From Polynucleobacter necessarius (GTDB taxonomy: Bacteria; Pseudomonadota; Gammaproteobacteria; Burkholderiales; Burkholderiaceae): a stretch of DNA of 32,000 bases. The DNA is taken from NCBI RefSeq assembly GCF_900095195.1, contig NZ_LT606950.1, forward strand, positions 396,164 to 428,163, in the 5' to 3' direction. The notes beneath the pieces were generated by a model. It was not told the DNA's origin, ran no database searches, and saw only the letters and a list, made by a program, of their open reading frames with translations. Shown here one piece after another: positions 1 to 11,215 of the stretch. Each line of letters begins with the position of its first letter. The stretch's first letter is position 1. The position numbers were made by a program, and so were the translations under genes.

Positions 1-129
1 CCAGTTTCCTGGGGCGGCAACTAATGAGCCAGCATGCAGTGGCCCAGTTGGCGAGGGGGCAAATCGCCCGCGATAGCCGTCGGCAAGGGTTGGAGGGTTT
101 TGGGGGGTAGACACAGCTAAAATCATCTC

Positions 130-3100
130 ATGGCTTCACCCCGTTTTGTACATCTTCGCATTCATTCCGAGTTTTCGATTACGGATGGAGTCGTGCGCAT
201 TGATGATGCGGTGGCAGCTGCCGTTAAGGATGAGATGGGTGCCTTGGCCATTACTGATTTAAGTAATTTATTTGGTTTGGTGCGGTTTTACACTGCCGCA
301 CGATCCAGTGGGGTTAAACCCATCGCCGGTGCGGATGTTTGGGTATCTAACTCCCAAGATCCTGACCAGCCCCACCGACTTTTGCTGTTGGTCCAAAACC
401 ATTCTGGTTATCTCAATCTTTGTGAGTTGCTTAGTAGAGCCTCGCTTGATAATCAATCGCGTGGTCGAGCTGAAGTGGATTCCGCGTGGTTTAGTGAGCC
501 TGCTGCCAAATCTGAGGATAAGAAAGCGAAGCGAACTTTGGCATATGGACTCATTGCCCTCTCTGGAGGGCGCATGGGGGAGGTTGGGAGTGCACTATTG
601 GCTGGCCAAGAGGATCAGGCCAAGATTATTGCCAAGCGGTATGAAAAGCTGTTTCCGAAATCGTTTTATATTGAAGTGCAGCGTGGTGGGCGCCCTCAAG
701 ACGAGAGGCAATTACAGCTTGCGTGCCATCTAGCTAGTGAGCTCGATTTACCCGTAGTGGCAACCCACCCTGTGCAGTTCATGCAAAAGAGCGATTTTAC
801 TGCGCATGAGGCACGTGTTTGTATTGCTGCAGGTGAATTACTAGGTAACCCGCGCCGCCAAAAGAAATTTAATGAAGAGCAATACTTTTTAACGCAAGCG
901 GAGATGGAGCAGCGGTTTGCTGATTTGCCTGCAGCATTAGCAAACTCTGTAGAGATCGCAAAACGTTGCAACTTATCCTTAGTGTTGGGTCAACCGCGTT
1001 TGCCAGATTTCCCAATTCCTCCAGGCATTACGCTTGATGAATTCTTGCTAGCCCAATCAGAGGCAGGTCTTGAGCGTCATATGGAGCGCAATTTTCCTGA
1101 TCCAGAAGAGCGCGCAAAAGAAATGCCGCGGTATCGCGAACGCCTTTTATTTGAAGCCAAGACCATTTCTCAAATGGGCTTCCCTGGCTACTTCCTGATC
1201 GTTGCTGACTTCATCAACTGGGCTAAAAATAATGGAGTGCCAGTGGGTCCCGGACGCGGGTCTGGCGCTGGCTCTTTAGTAGCGTATTCATTACGCATTA
1301 CCGATCTGGATCCATTGCGGTACAACTTGCTTTTTGAGCGTTTCTTGAATCCTGAGCGGGTATCTATGCCTGACTTTGATATCGACTTTTGCCAACATGG
1401 CCGTGATCGAGTCATTCAGTACGTCAAAGATAAGTATGGCAAAGACGCGGTCAGTCAAATTGCAACCTTTGGCACGATGGCGGCAAGAGCGGCGATTCGC
1501 GACGTGGGCCGTGTTTTGGAGCAAGGTTATAACTTCGTTGATGGCATCGCAAAATTAGTGCCGAATAAGCCGGGTCAATACATGACCATTGAAATGGCTA
1601 AAAAAGAAGAAAAGCAATTAGCCGAGCGAGAAAAAAATGAGGATGAAGTTCGACAATTACTTTCCTTGGCAGAGCAGCTCGAGGGAATGACGCGTAACGT
1701 GGGTATGCATGCTGGTGGCGTACTGATTGCACCAGGTCGACTCACCGATTTTTGCCCGCTTTATACCCAGGAAACAAAGGATCAAGACAGCTGTTCAGTC
1801 ATTAGTCAGTTCGATAAGGATGATGTCGAAGCAATTGGGCTCGTTAAGTTTGACTTTTTGGGGTTAACTACCCTTACGATTTTGGCTGCCGCAGAGCGTT
1901 GGATTAAAGCGCTTCATGCTGATCGCAAAGATTGGAGTATTAGTGATATTCCGCTTGATGATGAAAAGGCGTTTGATGTTTTAAAGCGAGCCAATACGGT
2001 TGCCGTTTTCCAGCTGGAAAGCCGGGGCATGCAAGGCATGCTTCGGGAAGCTAAGCCAGACCGTTTTGAGGACATTATTGCGCTGGTGGCACTCTATCGC
2101 CCAGGTCCAATGGATCTAATTCCAGATTTCATTGAGCGTAAACACGGTCGACAAAAGGTTGAGTATCCCGATCCACGTATTGAGCCCGTTCTGCGTGAAA
2201 CCTACGGCATCATGGTCTACCAAGAGCAGGTGATGCAGATGGCCCAAATGATTGGTGGGTATTCATTAGGCGGCGCCGATATGTTGCGTCGTGCTATGGG
2301 TAAGAAAAAGCCAGAAGAGATGGCGCAACATCGCAAGATCTTCAGTGATGGTGCTAAAGCAGGCGGAATTTCAGAGGCCAAAGCGAATGAAATCTATGAC
2401 TTGATGGAGCGTTTCGCTGGATATGGATTCAATAAATCGCATGCGGCAGCATACGCACTCTTGGCCTACCAAACCGCTTGGCTGAAGGCGTATTACCCCG
2501 CTGAATTCATGGCGGCCAACTTATCGCTTGCTATGGACGACACCGACAAGGTGAAGATTCTCTATGACGATTGCTTGGCTAACAAAATTCGAGCGTTCTC
2601 TCCCGATATCAACACTGGGGTTTATGAGTTCACACCATTGCGTGCGCCAGATGCTCCGCCAGATGCCCCCGTAAGCCATATCCGCTATGGATTGGGAGCG
2701 GTGCGGGGTACCGGTGAGGCTGCGATTGAGGCAATTGTCAACGCTCGCCAAGCTGGTGGCCCATTTAAGGATTTATTTGATTTTTGTGCTCGAGTAGATC
2801 GTCGTCAGGTAAATCGTCGTGCGATTGAGGCGCTTATGCGTGCTGGTGCATTCGATAGTCTCTATAAAGACGCGTTAGCAGTCGGGGGCAATCTTTACGA
2901 TATTCGATCAACACTATTAGCATCGTTAGCGAGAGCGATTGAGGCAGCAGAGCAGGCAGAAGCATCGATTCATCAAGTTAGCTTGTTTGAAGTTGCAGGC
3001 GAAGATCATGCACATCAACCTGAGCTCGTTCGCGAACCTGTATGGTCTGAGAAAAAACGTCTTCAAGAAGAGAAGGCCGCTCTTGGACTTTGCCTGACCG

Positions 3101-3738
3101 GCCATATGTTTGATGCCTATCGAGATGAGACAGCACACTTTATTCGACAACCGCTAGTAAAAATAACTGAGGGTAAGGATCAGTTAATAGCAGGTATTGT
3201 GACTTCTGCTCGCATGCTTACTGGTCAGCGAGGTCGCATGATGATCGCAACCATTGATGACGGTGCTGCTGCTCTTGAGGTAACGCTGTATAGTGAAGTT
3301 TATGAACCTAATCGCTCTTGGTTGAAAGAGGATGAGTTGCTCATAGCTAAAGTGAATGTGACGCCCGATAAATTTTCGGGTGGTATGCGTATCGTGGCTG
3401 AAGCAGTAATGGATATCACTGGCGCAAGAATGCGTTTTGCCCGCAATATCCATGTGTGTCTTGATGCAGCGGTAGATATTCGAATGTTGCGAAGTCAAAT
3501 TGGGCCCTATCTCATGGCTAATAGGCAGCGGGATCCTAAAATAAGCACTAATACTGCCGCTACCAATGATGGCGTTAAGGGATTGATGTTGACTGCCGCC
3601 GTTACAACTAGTGGTGGTGCATGCTTAATACAATTTCCAGAGGAGATGCGGATTTATCCCGACAACGCCTGCTTGCATAGTTTGACTCAACTGCTGGCCT
3701 CCAAGCAAAAAGACTCCGTTCAGATTCAATATCACTAG
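130..3738 (+). CDS. dnaE: DNA polymerase III alpha subunit
   Basis: Uninterrupted 1202-aa ORF. It has an N-terminal PHP domain ([11 protein letters not shown]), polymerase core motifs ([38 protein letters not shown]) and a C-terminal OB-fold region. The length is typical for DnaE. Confidence 0.97.
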   Translation: MASPRFVHLRIHSEFSITDGVVRIDDAVAAAVKDEMGALAITDLSNLFGLVRFYTAARSSGVKPIAGADVWVSNSQDPDQPHRLLLLVQNHSGYLNLCELLSRASLDNQSRGRAEVDSAWFSEPAAKSEDKKAKRTLAYGLIALSGGRMGEVGSALLAGQEDQAKIIAKRYEKLFPKSFYIEVQRGGRPQDERQLQLACHLASELDLPVVATHPVQFMQKSDFTAHEARVCIAAGELLGNPRRQKKFNEEQYFLTQAEMEQRFADLPAALANSVEIAKRCNLSLVLGQPRLPDFPIPPGITLDEFLLAQSEAGLERHMERNFPDPEERAKEMPRYRERLLFEAKTISQMGFPGYFLIVADFINWAKNNGVPVGPGRGSGAGSLVAYSLRITDLDPLRYNLLFERFLNPERVSMPDFDIDFCQHGRDRVIQYVKDKYGKDAVSQIATFGTMAARAAIRDVGRVLEQGYNFVDGIAKLVPNKPGQYMTIEMAKKEEKQLAEREKNEDEVRQLLSLAEQLEGMTRNVGMHAGGVLIAPGRLTDFCPLYTQETKDQDSCSVISQFDKDDVEAIGLVKFDFLGLTTLTILAAAERWIKALHADRKDWSISDIPLDDEKAFDVLKRANTVAVFQLESRGMQGMLREAKPDRFEDIIALVALYRPGPMDLIPDFIERKHGRQKVEYPDPRIEPVLRETYGIMVYQEQVMQMAQMIGGYSLGGADMLRRAMGKKKPEEMAQHRKIFSDGAKAGGISEAKANEIYDLMERFAGYGFNKSHAAAYALLAYQTAWLKAYYPAEFMAANLSLAMDDTDKVKILYDDCLANKIRAFSPDINTGVYEFTPLRAPDAPPDAPVSHIRYGLGAVRGTGEAAIEAIVNARQAGGPFKDLFDFCARVDRRQVNRRAIEALMRAGAFDSLYKDALAVGGNLYDIRSTLLASLARAIEAAEQAEASIHQVSLFEVAGEDHAHQPELVREPVWSEKKRLQEEKAALGLCLTGHMFDAYRDETAHFIRQPLVKITEGKDQLIAGIVTSARMLTGQRGRMMIATIDDGAAALEVTLYSEVYEPNRSWLKEDELLIAKVNVTPDKFSGGMRIVAEAVMDITGARMRFARNIHVCLDAAVDIRMLRSQIGPYLMANRQRDPKISTNTAATNDGVKGLMLTAAVTTSGGACLIQFPEEMRIYPDNACLHSLTQLLASKQKDSVQIQYH

Positions 3739-3741
3739 GGT

Positions 3742-4890
3742 TTATTGGGCTAAAAGCTTTTCGATAGCCTGAATGACTTGGTCAACCTCCAGCAGATCCA
3801 AGCACTCACTATTACTATCGGGGTGATCTATGCACCCTGCCTTGCGACACGGAACGCATTCGCCAGGGCCTTGGAGAATAGTGATATTGCCTATAGTTTG
3901 ACTGCGAGCGCGTAATTGATATGGTTGCTTACCGATAAAGCCATTAGGCCATGGGCCAAAGTTGGTAGGGGGCGTAGCGCCAAATAAAGTGATGGTAGGA
4001 GTGTTGCATGCGGCGGCCAGGTGAGTAATAGAAGTATCCACCCCAATATAAAGCTTGGCACCTCGAAGTAACGAGCCTGCCTGGGGGATGGAAAGTCTGC
4101 CTGCGGTATCAATGACGCGTGAACGCGTATCGTTATCTAGTAAAGACAAGATATCCTCATTTAAGAGTAAGTCTTGTTTTGCGGGTGAAGCGCTCAGGAC
4201 TACTTTTAGACCGTGACCTACAAGGTATTGAATGAGCTTTTGCCAATGCGCTAGAGGCCAGCGTTTATATGCAGTTAGTGGTCCAGGGTGAATAACAACA
4301 TACGGCTGTGTGAGCGCATTCGTAATGGCAGGTGTTAACGCCTCTCCAATCGGGGGTGTGACATTAATGGGTTCAGAAAAGAGATTGCTAGGATTTTTAA
4401 CAAAAATCTCTAACAAGCGAAGTTTTTCCGTAATGACGTGTTGTGAAAAATAATCCACGTTTACAGTGTGCATAGAAATAAATTTTTTCCAGGCGTTTTG
4501 ACGATTGGATTTTTCTGTAGCACTGCTTTGAATGCCTTGGGGGTGTCCACCCAAGACTCCCACGCGATGAAATGCCGCCACTAACCCATAAATGTATGCT
4601 CGATCGCTTGGTTGCGTCACAAACGCCAGGTCATAGCGTTGAAATAGTTTATTAAATAGGGATAAATATTCTCGAATACCAGGGCGATCCGAGGTTTCAA
4701 TTACTTGGTCGATATCAGGATTGCCCTTGAGCATGTCAAGCTTGCTCTTATATCCCAGGAAATGAAACTCGGCATCTGGCCAAAGCTGGCGCGCTTTGCT
4801 TATTAGTGGCGTAGTAACGAGTACATCACCAATCTGACGAGTAGCGATGAATAAAACTTTTTTAGGTTGCAGGGTAGAAACTGGACTCAT
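3742..4890 (-). CDS. Glycosyltransferase family 9 (LPS heptosyltransferase-like)
   Basis: 382-aa ORF. The N-terminus KKVLFIATRQIGDVLVTTPLI and the C-terminal GVDTSITHLAAA motif are typical of the ADP-heptose:LPS heptosyltransferase fold. It lies next to two GT2 genes and msbA. Confidence 0.8.
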   Translation of the reverse strand: MSPVSTLQPKKVLFIATRQIGDVLVTTPLISKARQLWPDAEFHFLGYKSKLDMLKGNPDIDQVIETSDRPGIREYLSLFNKLFQRYDLAFVTQPSDRAYIYGLVAAFHRVGVLGGHPQGIQSSATEKSNRQNAWKKFISMHTVNVDYFSQHVITEKLRLLEIFVKNPSNLFSEPINVTPPIGEALTPAITNALTQPYVVIHPGPLTAYKRWPLAHWQKLIQYLVGHGLKVVLSASPAKQDLLLNEDILSLLDNDTRSRVIDTAGRLSIPQAGSLLRGAKLYIGVDTSITHLAAACNTPTITLFGATPPTNFGPWPNGFIGKQPYQLRARSQTIGNITILQGPGECVPCRKAGCIDHPDSNSECLDLLEVDQVIQAIEKLLAQ

Positions 4891-4901
4891 GTGGAAATTA
4901 C

Positions 4902-5681
4902 TTATAGCGCCTTGGGTAATATTTTCTCGCGAACACGTCGCGCATTTTTAGCGGCGTTGCTTTGATCATGTATTTTATGGAAGAGATGAAATACTTCCGT
5001 TGCCCAAGAGCCTGATTTTCGTTTGATCTGATTGTGTTGAAGGCGAAAAACAAAGTCGGCATCTTCATGCCCCCAACCGGTCATGCTTTCATCAAATCCA
5101 TGAATTGCTATTGCATCTGTTTTCCAGCATGCCATATTGCAGCCCTTGATGCGACGCCAAACAAATTTTTTATAGTTCCGCCAGGTGCCATCACCAAATT
5201 TCAGAACGATCGGTAGGTATTTATTGATGCCACCTTGAAGGCGTGCGCTAAGTAGTTTGGCTCGAAAATGTGCAAAATCCCAAGTGTCCCAATTTAGTAA
5301 TTCTTGGGATAGTGATGCGCTTAGTAAGACTCGACTTCCGGTAACTAGATAGCCCTTTTGCGCTAGCTCACGATGACGTTCGACAAAATCAGGCTGTGTA
5401 ATGCAATCTCCGTCTAAAAAAATTAGATAGTCGCCCTGTGCTGCGGCGATTGCTTGGTTCAGAATTTTAGTTTTACGAAAACCACGATCCTCTTGCCAGA
5501 GATGGGTGATCGAAATGGTGTGATTTATCTTGAAGGTATCAATAACTTTCTTGGTGCTTTTTGTTGAGCCATCATCGGCGATGATGATTTCAAAATTCTG
5601 ATCGGACTGGGTGGCGAGAGATTCGAGGCAAAGCTTCAGTGCTTGCGGCCAGTTGTAGGTAGCCAGCAAAATCGAAATCAT
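4902..5681 (-). CDS. Glycosyltransferase family 2 (LPS core cluster)
   Basis: 259-aa ORF. GT2 signature ISILLATYNWPQAL...IIIADDGS...FLDGDC (DxD). Its start overlaps the stop of the upstream GT2 gene as ATGA (5678-5681). Confidence 0.85.
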   Translation of the reverse strand: MISILLATYNWPQALKLCLESLATQSDQNFEIIIADDGSTKSTKKVIDTFKINHTISITHLWQEDRGFRKTKILNQAIAAAQGDYLIFLDGDCITQPDFVERHRELAQKGYLVTGSRVLLSASLSQELLNWDTWDFAHFRAKLLSARLQGGINKYLPIVLKFGDGTWRNYKKFVWRRIKGCNMACWKTDAIAIHGFDESMTGWGHEDADFVFRLQHNQIKRKSGSWATEVFHLFHKIHDQSNAAKNARRVREKILPKAL

Positions 5682-6439
5682 TTACGAGCTTCCTGATTTA
5701 AGTGCCAAAGCTTGATATAGCGATAATACGTTCCTTGCGCGTTGGAGATTGCCAATGCAAATCCTTGACCTCCATCCAAAAAGCCTGTGCGAATGATGTA
5801 CGTTCGAATGAATGCCCAAGCACCATGAAAAACTGCTTTAAGCGGGCTGCTAGTTTTTCCTTTGGCAAATGCTTGTTCTGCCGATACTGTGGAGTAGCGA
5901 TCCAGTTTTTGGAGTACTTGGGAGTAATTCATAAAACTGTAGTGCAACATCGGATTCTTCAATCTGGCAACAGAGCCGCTTGGAATTAGTCGCTCATGTA
6001 CTAAATCATCAGAAAAGCGTGCGGTACCCCGTTTAAAAAGACGGTCTACATAGTCAGGACTCCACCCAGAATGTCGGATAAAGCGGCCGCAATACCAAGA
6101 AAGTCTTGGGATGGCAAAACAATTAACACGAGCGCTATGGTGAATGGCCGTCAGAATCTCTGACCTGAGGGCTGGGGTGAGTCTTTCATCTGCATCTATT
6201 GATAAAACCCATTCACTTGAGGCTAGATCTAGGGCACGGTTCTTTTGGGGGCCAAATCCCGGCCAATCCAGGGGCTGGGCAATAACCGCTCCATGGCTGC
6301 GGGCAATCTCGAGGGTACGATCAGAGCTATTCGTGTCGACCACGACAATCTGCTGGGCAATGCCTTCTAGCGAGGCTAGACAGTCGCCTAAATTGGCCTC
6401 TTCATTGCGAGTGATGAGTATGACGGATAAGGTGGGCAT
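5678..6439 (-). CDS. Glycosyltransferase family 2, WaaE/KdtX-like LPS core glycosyltransferase
   Basis: 253-aa ORF. TLSVILITRNEEANLGDCLASL...VVVDTNSSDRT...SIDADE resembles the KdtX/WaaE-type GT2 family. It is divergent from msbA. Confidence 0.8.
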   Translation of the reverse strand: MPTLSVILITRNEEANLGDCLASLEGIAQQIVVVDTNSSDRTLEIARSHGAVIAQPLDWPGFGPQKNRALDLASSEWVLSIDADERLTPALRSEILTAIHHSARVNCFAIPRLSWYCGRFIRHSGWSPDYVDRLFKRGTARFSDDLVHERLIPSGSVARLKNPMLHYSFMNYSQVLQKLDRYSTVSAEQAFAKGKTSSPLKAVFHGAWAFIRTYIIRTGFLDGGQGFALAISNAQGTYYRYIKLWHLNQEARK

Positions 6440-6449
6440 AATTCATTAT

Positions 6450-8213
6450 ATGAATGCTCAAGACCGTACCGCCCTAAATCGCTTGATTACCTATCTAAAG
6501 CCCCATATTGGGCTGATTATCGGCTCTCTGGTTGCCATGACTTTTGTGGCTGCAGCCGAGACCTCTATTCCTGCGTTAATGAGGCCCTTATTGGACCGCG
6601 GCTTTACGGGCCAGCTGAACAGCAAGCTTTGGCAAGTGCCCGTATTTTTGGTTGGTCTCGCGCTGGTACGAAGTTTGGCCCAATTTTTGTCTAACTATTT
6701 ATTAACGCGAGTCATCAACGCTGTACTTCTCAAATTACGTGAGCAAATGTTTCAAACGCTGCTTCACGCAAGCACTGCTTTTTTTCAAAAGAATTCCGCT
6801 TCGAATTTAATTAATGCAGTTGCGTTTGAGGTTAATAATGTTCTCACCATTATGGGCGGGATGTTAATTAGCTTGGTACGTGATTCGTTGACTGTAGTGG
6901 GATTGATGGGTTACCTAATCTATCTGAATTGGAAGTTAACGCTCGTTGTTTTAATTATCTTTCCAATCATTGCGTTCATCATGACGAAGATTAATCGACG
7001 ACTCAGATCCTTAAATCGTGAGCAACAAAGTCTGACAAGTGATTTGGCTTACATTGTTGAAGAATCTGCGGCGGGTTACAAAATTGTGAAGGTGCATGGC
7101 GCCCAAGAATATGAGATGAACCGCTTTAGGCAGAAGGCAGAGCGCTTACGCCAGTTCGCCTTAAAGTCAGCCGTTGCTGGAGGCCTTAATCAACCGATAA
7201 CTCAGCTAATCGCGTCAATGGCGTTGTCGATCGTACTGATAATTGCCTTAATGCAACCGGCTACCGAAGGCACCACGGTTGGTGGCTTTGCCGCTTTTAT
7301 TACCGCAATGATGCTGGTGATTTCCCCTCTGAAACGCCTTGCCGATATTAATCAACCCTTGCAGCGTGGTTTGACGGCCGCAGAAATGATTTTTGGTTTG
7401 ATGGATCAACCCCTAGAGGAGGATGAAGACCGCCGCTTAAATATGAAATCTCTGATAAAAGCCAAAGGTGCAATTCGTTTTGAAAATGTAGGATTCTCAT
7501 ACGAACAAGAGGTTGGCCGTAATGATGCCTTAACTGATATCAATCTCTCGATCATGCCAGGCGAAGTAGTTGCCTTCGTTGGCCCATCCGGGAGCGGCAA
7601 ATCTACTTTGGTGAACCTGCTTCCCAGATTTTTTAAACCTTCAGGTGGGCAGATCTATTTAGACGGAGTTTCCCTTGAAGAAATTGTGCTTGCAGATGTT
7701 CGTAGGCAAATTGCCTTCGTAAGCCAGGATGTCATTCTTTTTAATGACACCATTGCCGCAAACGTCGCATATGGCGCAGTGGATCATGATGGAATTGATT
7801 GTGGCAGGGTCATGGAGGCCTTAGAGGTAGCAAATCTCAGTAATTTGATCCATGAGCTACCAGAGGGCATCGATACAGTTGTTGGGGATAACGGCAATCG
7901 CTTATCTGGAGGTCAGCGTCAACGCCTAGCAATTGCCCGAGCAATCTACAAAAATGCGCCTATTCTGATTTTGGATGAAGCGACGTCAGCCTTAGATTCG
8001 GAATCCGAGCGTCAGGTTCAAGATGCTTTGGAGCGTCTCATGGTGGGCAGAACTACTCTAGTTATTGCACATCGCTTATCGACGATTGAACATGCTGATC
8101 GGATTGTTGTTTTGGAGAATGGCAAGATTGTTGAAAATGGATCCCATGGGGAGTTAATTAAGCAAGATGGGCTATATGCCAATTTGCACCGCATTCAATT
8201 TTCAAACGCGTGA
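6450..8213 (+). CDS. msbA: Lipid A export ABC transporter permease/ATPase MsbA
   Basis: The ORF track gives 6144..8213, but its first 102 codons are antisense to the GT2 gene. The in-frame ATG at 6450 (MNAQDRTALNRLITYLKPH) gives 587 aa, with six TM helices followed by Walker A GPSGSGKST, signature LSGGQRQR and Walker B ILILDEATSALD. Confidence 0.93.
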   Translation: MNAQDRTALNRLITYLKPHIGLIIGSLVAMTFVAAAETSIPALMRPLLDRGFTGQLNSKLWQVPVFLVGLALVRSLAQFLSNYLLTRVINAVLLKLREQMFQTLLHASTAFFQKNSASNLINAVAFEVNNVLTIMGGMLISLVRDSLTVVGLMGYLIYLNWKLTLVVLIIFPIIAFIMTKINRRLRSLNREQQSLTSDLAYIVEESAAGYKIVKVHGAQEYEMNRFRQKAERLRQFALKSAVAGGLNQPITQLIASMALSIVLIIALMQPATEGTTVGGFAAFITAMMLVISPLKRLADINQPLQRGLTAAEMIFGLMDQPLEEDEDRRLNMKSLIKAKGAIRFENVGFSYEQEVGRNDALTDINLSIMPGEVVAFVGPSGSGKSTLVNLLPRFFKPSGGQIYLDGVSLEEIVLADVRRQIAFVSQDVILFNDTIAANVAYGAVDHDGIDCGRVMEALEVANLSNLIHELPEGIDTVVGDNGNRLSGGQRQRLAIARAIYKNAPILILDEATSALDSESERQVQDALERLMVGRTTLVIAHRLSTIEHADRIVVLENGKIVENGSHGELIKQDGLYANLHRIQFSNA

Positions 8214-8229
8214 TATCAGATAAAAAAAT

Positions 8230-9693
8230 TTAGCTTAAAACGATATCGTATTGCTCTTGGCGAAATCTACCCTCTGCTTGTAGGGTAATGGGTTTCTTTA
8301 TAAAGTCACCAAGCTGCGCTAAAAATTGATTTTCTTCTTCCAGAAGCAAATCAATGACATCTAGCGCAGCTATGATACGAAATTCTCGTGGATTAAATTG
8401 GCGGTGCTCTCGCACAATCTCGCGCAAGATTTCATAGCAAATAGTTTGGGCTGTTTTGACTTCCCCTTTGCCCATGCAGGTAGAGCAAGGCTCGCAGGTG
8501 ATGTGAGCGAGCGACTCGCGGGTACGCTTACGGGTCATTTCTACAAGACCTAATGACGAAAAATCATTCACCGAGGTTCGGGCATGATCCCGCTCTAAAT
8601 TGCGCTTCAGTTCATGCAAGACCGATTCTTGATGATCTTTGCTAATCATGTCTATGAAATCAATGATGATGATGCCGCCTAAATTGCGTAAGCGAAGTTG
8701 GCGAGCGATTGCCTGAGCAGCCTCTAAATTAGTCTTAAATACAGTGTCATCTAAATTGCGTGCACCAACATAGCTACCAGTATTGACGTCGATAGTTGTC
8801 ATGGACTCGGTCTGATCAATCATGAGGTAGCCGCCAGACTTGAGATCCACTCGACGACCTAATGCTTTATTTATCTCAGCGTCGACATCAAACAAATCAA
8901 AAAGTGCGCGTTCGCCACGGTGCAGGGTAAGTTTGCCCAATTGGTTTGGCATGTATAAATTGGCAAAGTTTTTCAGCTTCTCAAAATTTTCCGCGGAGTC
9001 CACGCATATTTGCGTAGTTTCCTCACCTGCTACATCGCGTAAGACTCTTTCAGCCAGGCTTAGATCTTGATATAACAGGCTAGGTGCAGCTTTATGCCAC
9101 ATTCCTTCCCGAATCTTCTCCCAGGTAGTTCTGAGGTAAAGCATGTCGTGCTGTAATTCACTGTCAGACGCATTTTGGGCACTCGTGCGCACAATGATGC
9201 CGCCTTTTTCATCATCTGCCATAAGGCTTGCGAGCCTAGCTTTAATGGCCTCACGGTCTTCCGGCTGATCTATTCGCTGAGAAACGCCAATATATTTTTC
9301 TGTTGCTGTATCGGTACCAGCAGGTGGCAAATACACTAAATTTCTGCCAGCAATACTGAGTTGAGTTGTGAGGCGCGCACCTTTAGTACCAAGTGGATCT
9401 TTTAAGACTTGAGCTAATAGCGTTTGGCCTTCGAATAATAGTTTTTCGATTTGCGGTTGTGGACTACTTTGCGTAATATCGGCAACGTGCATAAACGCGG
9501 TTCGCTCTAAACCAATTTCAATAAAAGCGGATTGCATGCCTGGTAATACGCGAACTACTTTTGCCAGGTAAATGTTGCCAACAGTACCACGTTGGCGAGT
9601 TCTCTCAATCTGTATCTCTTGTACCGCACCTTGCTGAATTAATGCAACCCGCGTTTCTTGAGGGGTGATATTGATTAATATTTCTTCGTTCAT
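8230..9693 (-). CDS. rng: Ribonuclease G
   Basis: 487-aa ORF with an S1 domain ([23 protein letters not shown]) and the RNase E/G catalytic core (IIIDFIDM). The conserved maf-rng adjacency is present. The ATG overlaps the maf stop as ATGA (9690-9693). Confidence 0.95.
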   Translation of the reverse strand: MNEEILINITPQETRVALIQQGAVQEIQIERTRQRGTVGNIYLAKVVRVLPGMQSAFIEIGLERTAFMHVADITQSSPQPQIEKLLFEGQTLLAQVLKDPLGTKGARLTTQLSIAGRNLVYLPPAGTDTATEKYIGVSQRIDQPEDREAIKARLASLMADDEKGGIIVRTSAQNASDSELQHDMLYLRTTWEKIREGMWHKAAPSLLYQDLSLAERVLRDVAGEETTQICVDSAENFEKLKNFANLYMPNQLGKLTLHRGERALFDLFDVDAEINKALGRRVDLKSGGYLMIDQTESMTTIDVNTGSYVGARNLDDTVFKTNLEAAQAIARQLRLRNLGGIIIIDFIDMISKDHQESVLHELKRNLERDHARTSVNDFSSLGLVEMTRKRTRESLAHITCEPCSTCMGKGEVKTAQTICYEILREIVREHRQFNPREFRIIAALDVIDLLLEEENQFLAQLGDFIKKPITLQAEGRFRQEQYDIVLS

Positions 9694-10320
9694 AGGGTAG
9701 GAAATTGAGCGCGTTTTAGTAGCTGAGTAGCTTCATACAAAGGCAAGCCCATGATACCACTATAACTCCCTTGAATTTGCGGGATAAAAGCACTGGCACG
9801 CCCTTGGATGCCATAGGCCCCCGCCTTGCCGAAAGGTTCGCCACTATCGATATAGGATTGTATTTGCTCATCGGAAAGGGTGGCAAATCGTACCTCGGAA
9901 ATTTGCATCAAAAAGAGGGGGCTTTCTCGGGCGTGCTAGTGACTGCTACCCCAGTGATTACCTCGTGGGTTTTTCCACTCAGCATTCTTAAAATACGAGC
10001 GGCATCATGGGCATCCGTAGACTTTCCTAAAATTTCTCCGCTTGGATGATTGGGCAGGGTGACAGTAGTGTCTGCACACAGTATGGGTGCCCATATCAAA
10101 TCTCTTTCTGCCAACGTTCAAATGCCACTCTGCTCTTCGCTAAAGTGACTCTTTCAACATAGGCTCGCGCACTTTCATCTGGGAGTGGTTGCTCAAGACT
10201 TTCTGTATCCTCGCTATCTAGTGGTAACAGCACTTCAAAGTGCACACCAATTTGTTTTAAAAGTTCCTGGCGGCGCGGACTTTGAGAGGCAAGATAGATA
10301 AATGGGCTCAGGGCATTACT
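9690..10320 (-). pseudogene. maf: Maf-like nucleoside triphosphate pyrophosphatase, frameshifted
   Basis: Maf homology is split over three frames. The N part is (L)[26 protein letters not shown]...AFERW, ending at a TGA near 10100. The middle part is 9908..10114 (ILCADTTV...[26 protein letters not shown]). The C part is 9690..9911 ([14 protein letters not shown]). The frame breaks lie at about 10105-10120 and in the run ccccctcttttt at about 9903-9914. There is no ATG/GTG/TTG in the N-terminal frame after the upstream stop. Confidence 0.85.
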
Positions 10321-10759
10321 CGCGATGATAGGGGTGACCTTGCAGCATTGTCCATGCGCGATAGAGTTGCTCTACCAGCAGCACTCTAGCCATTGCATGC
10401 GGCAATGTTAAGCTGGAGAGACGCCACATCATTTGGGCGCTCGTTTTCGGTGAGGTATCTAGGCCATCGGCACCACCAATTAAAAAGGTGATATCGAATC
10501 CTTCTTGACGCCAATTGGCTAACTAGGTAGCGAGATTCTGAGTGGTTTGATCTTTGCCGCGTTCATCTAATGCAATGACTCGTGAACCTTTGGGGATGGC
10601 TGCCAAAATTTTGGCCGCTTCTTTCGCGGGAGTGCGATCGGGTTTGATCTCTTTAATCTCGATACTGCAATCTGCGGGCATGCGCTCTATATAATCTTGG
10701 GTTGCTGTTGCAACCCAATCCGGCATCTTATGACCAACAGAGATAATGGTTAAACGCAT
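10316..10759 (-). pseudogene. rlmH: 23S rRNA (pseudouridine1915-N3)-methyltransferase RlmH interrupted by one in-frame TAG
   Basis: My codon-by-codon reading gives 148 codons in a single frame, from ATG 10759 to TAA 10316-10318. They encode full-length RlmH (MRLTIISVGHKMPDW...FLIGGADGL...LQGHPYHRE). Codon 79 is TAG (10523-10525). Confidence 0.85.
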
Positions 10760-10773
10760 GGTGCGAGGATAGA

Positions 10774-11160
10774 TTACTCTTCTTCTGGCTCGCTAGCTTT
10801 GACGAGACCTTTATCATCAGCCAACTTGACGCGTACGGGCTTTGTTCCCCACATACCTTCAAGTTGATAGTAAGAGCGCAACATGGGCTGCAAAATGTGC
10901 ACAACGATATCACCGCAATCCACCAGCACCCACTCACCGGTTTCTAATCCTTCAATAGAAATAACTTCGCCCCCTTTAGCATTGACCTCTTCCTTAACAG
11001 ACATGGCTAGGGAACGTGTCTGGCGATTGCTAGAACCTGTTGCAATAATGACGCGATCAAAGAGCTCGCTGAGTTTTCTGGTGTCATACATGCGAATATC
11101 CTGCGCTTTGACATCTTCTAAAGCATCAATGATGACGCGTTGTAATTTACGTAAATCCAT
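10774..11160 (-). CDS. rsfS: Ribosome silencing factor RsfS (iojap-like)
   Basis: 128-aa ORF. DALEDVKAQDIRMYDTRKLSELFDRVIIATGSSNRQ is typical RsfS. It sits in the conserved nadD-rsfS-rlmH order. Confidence 0.9.
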   Translation of the reverse strand: MDLRKLQRVIIDALEDVKAQDIRMYDTRKLSELFDRVIIATGSSNRQTRSLAMSVKEEVNAKGGEVISIEGLETGEWVLVDCGDIVVHILQPMLRSYYQLEGMWGTKPVRVKLADDKGLVKASEPEEE

Positions 11161-11215
11161 AGTGTTGAGGTAATTTCTGTGAAGGATGGTTAATCTTAGC
11201 TGGGTTATTGCTCAA

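Noticed and set aside
1-129. Possible 3' end of an upstream plus-strand gene (frame 1 ends at TAA 22-24)
   Set aside because: Only 7 codons are visible, which is too short to support any call.
272-3498. Numerous 60-150-aa ORFs inside or antisense to dnaE (for example 272..733, 696..971, 3184..3498)
   Set aside because: They are shadow ORFs within a long, strongly supported CDS. Their composition is low-complexity or atypical and I recognise no family.
6144-6449. N-terminal 102-codon extension of the msbA ORF given by the ORF track
   Set aside because: It lies entirely antisense to the well-supported GT2 gene (5678..6439) and has no MsbA-like sequence. The in-frame ATG at 6450 gives a normal-length MsbA.
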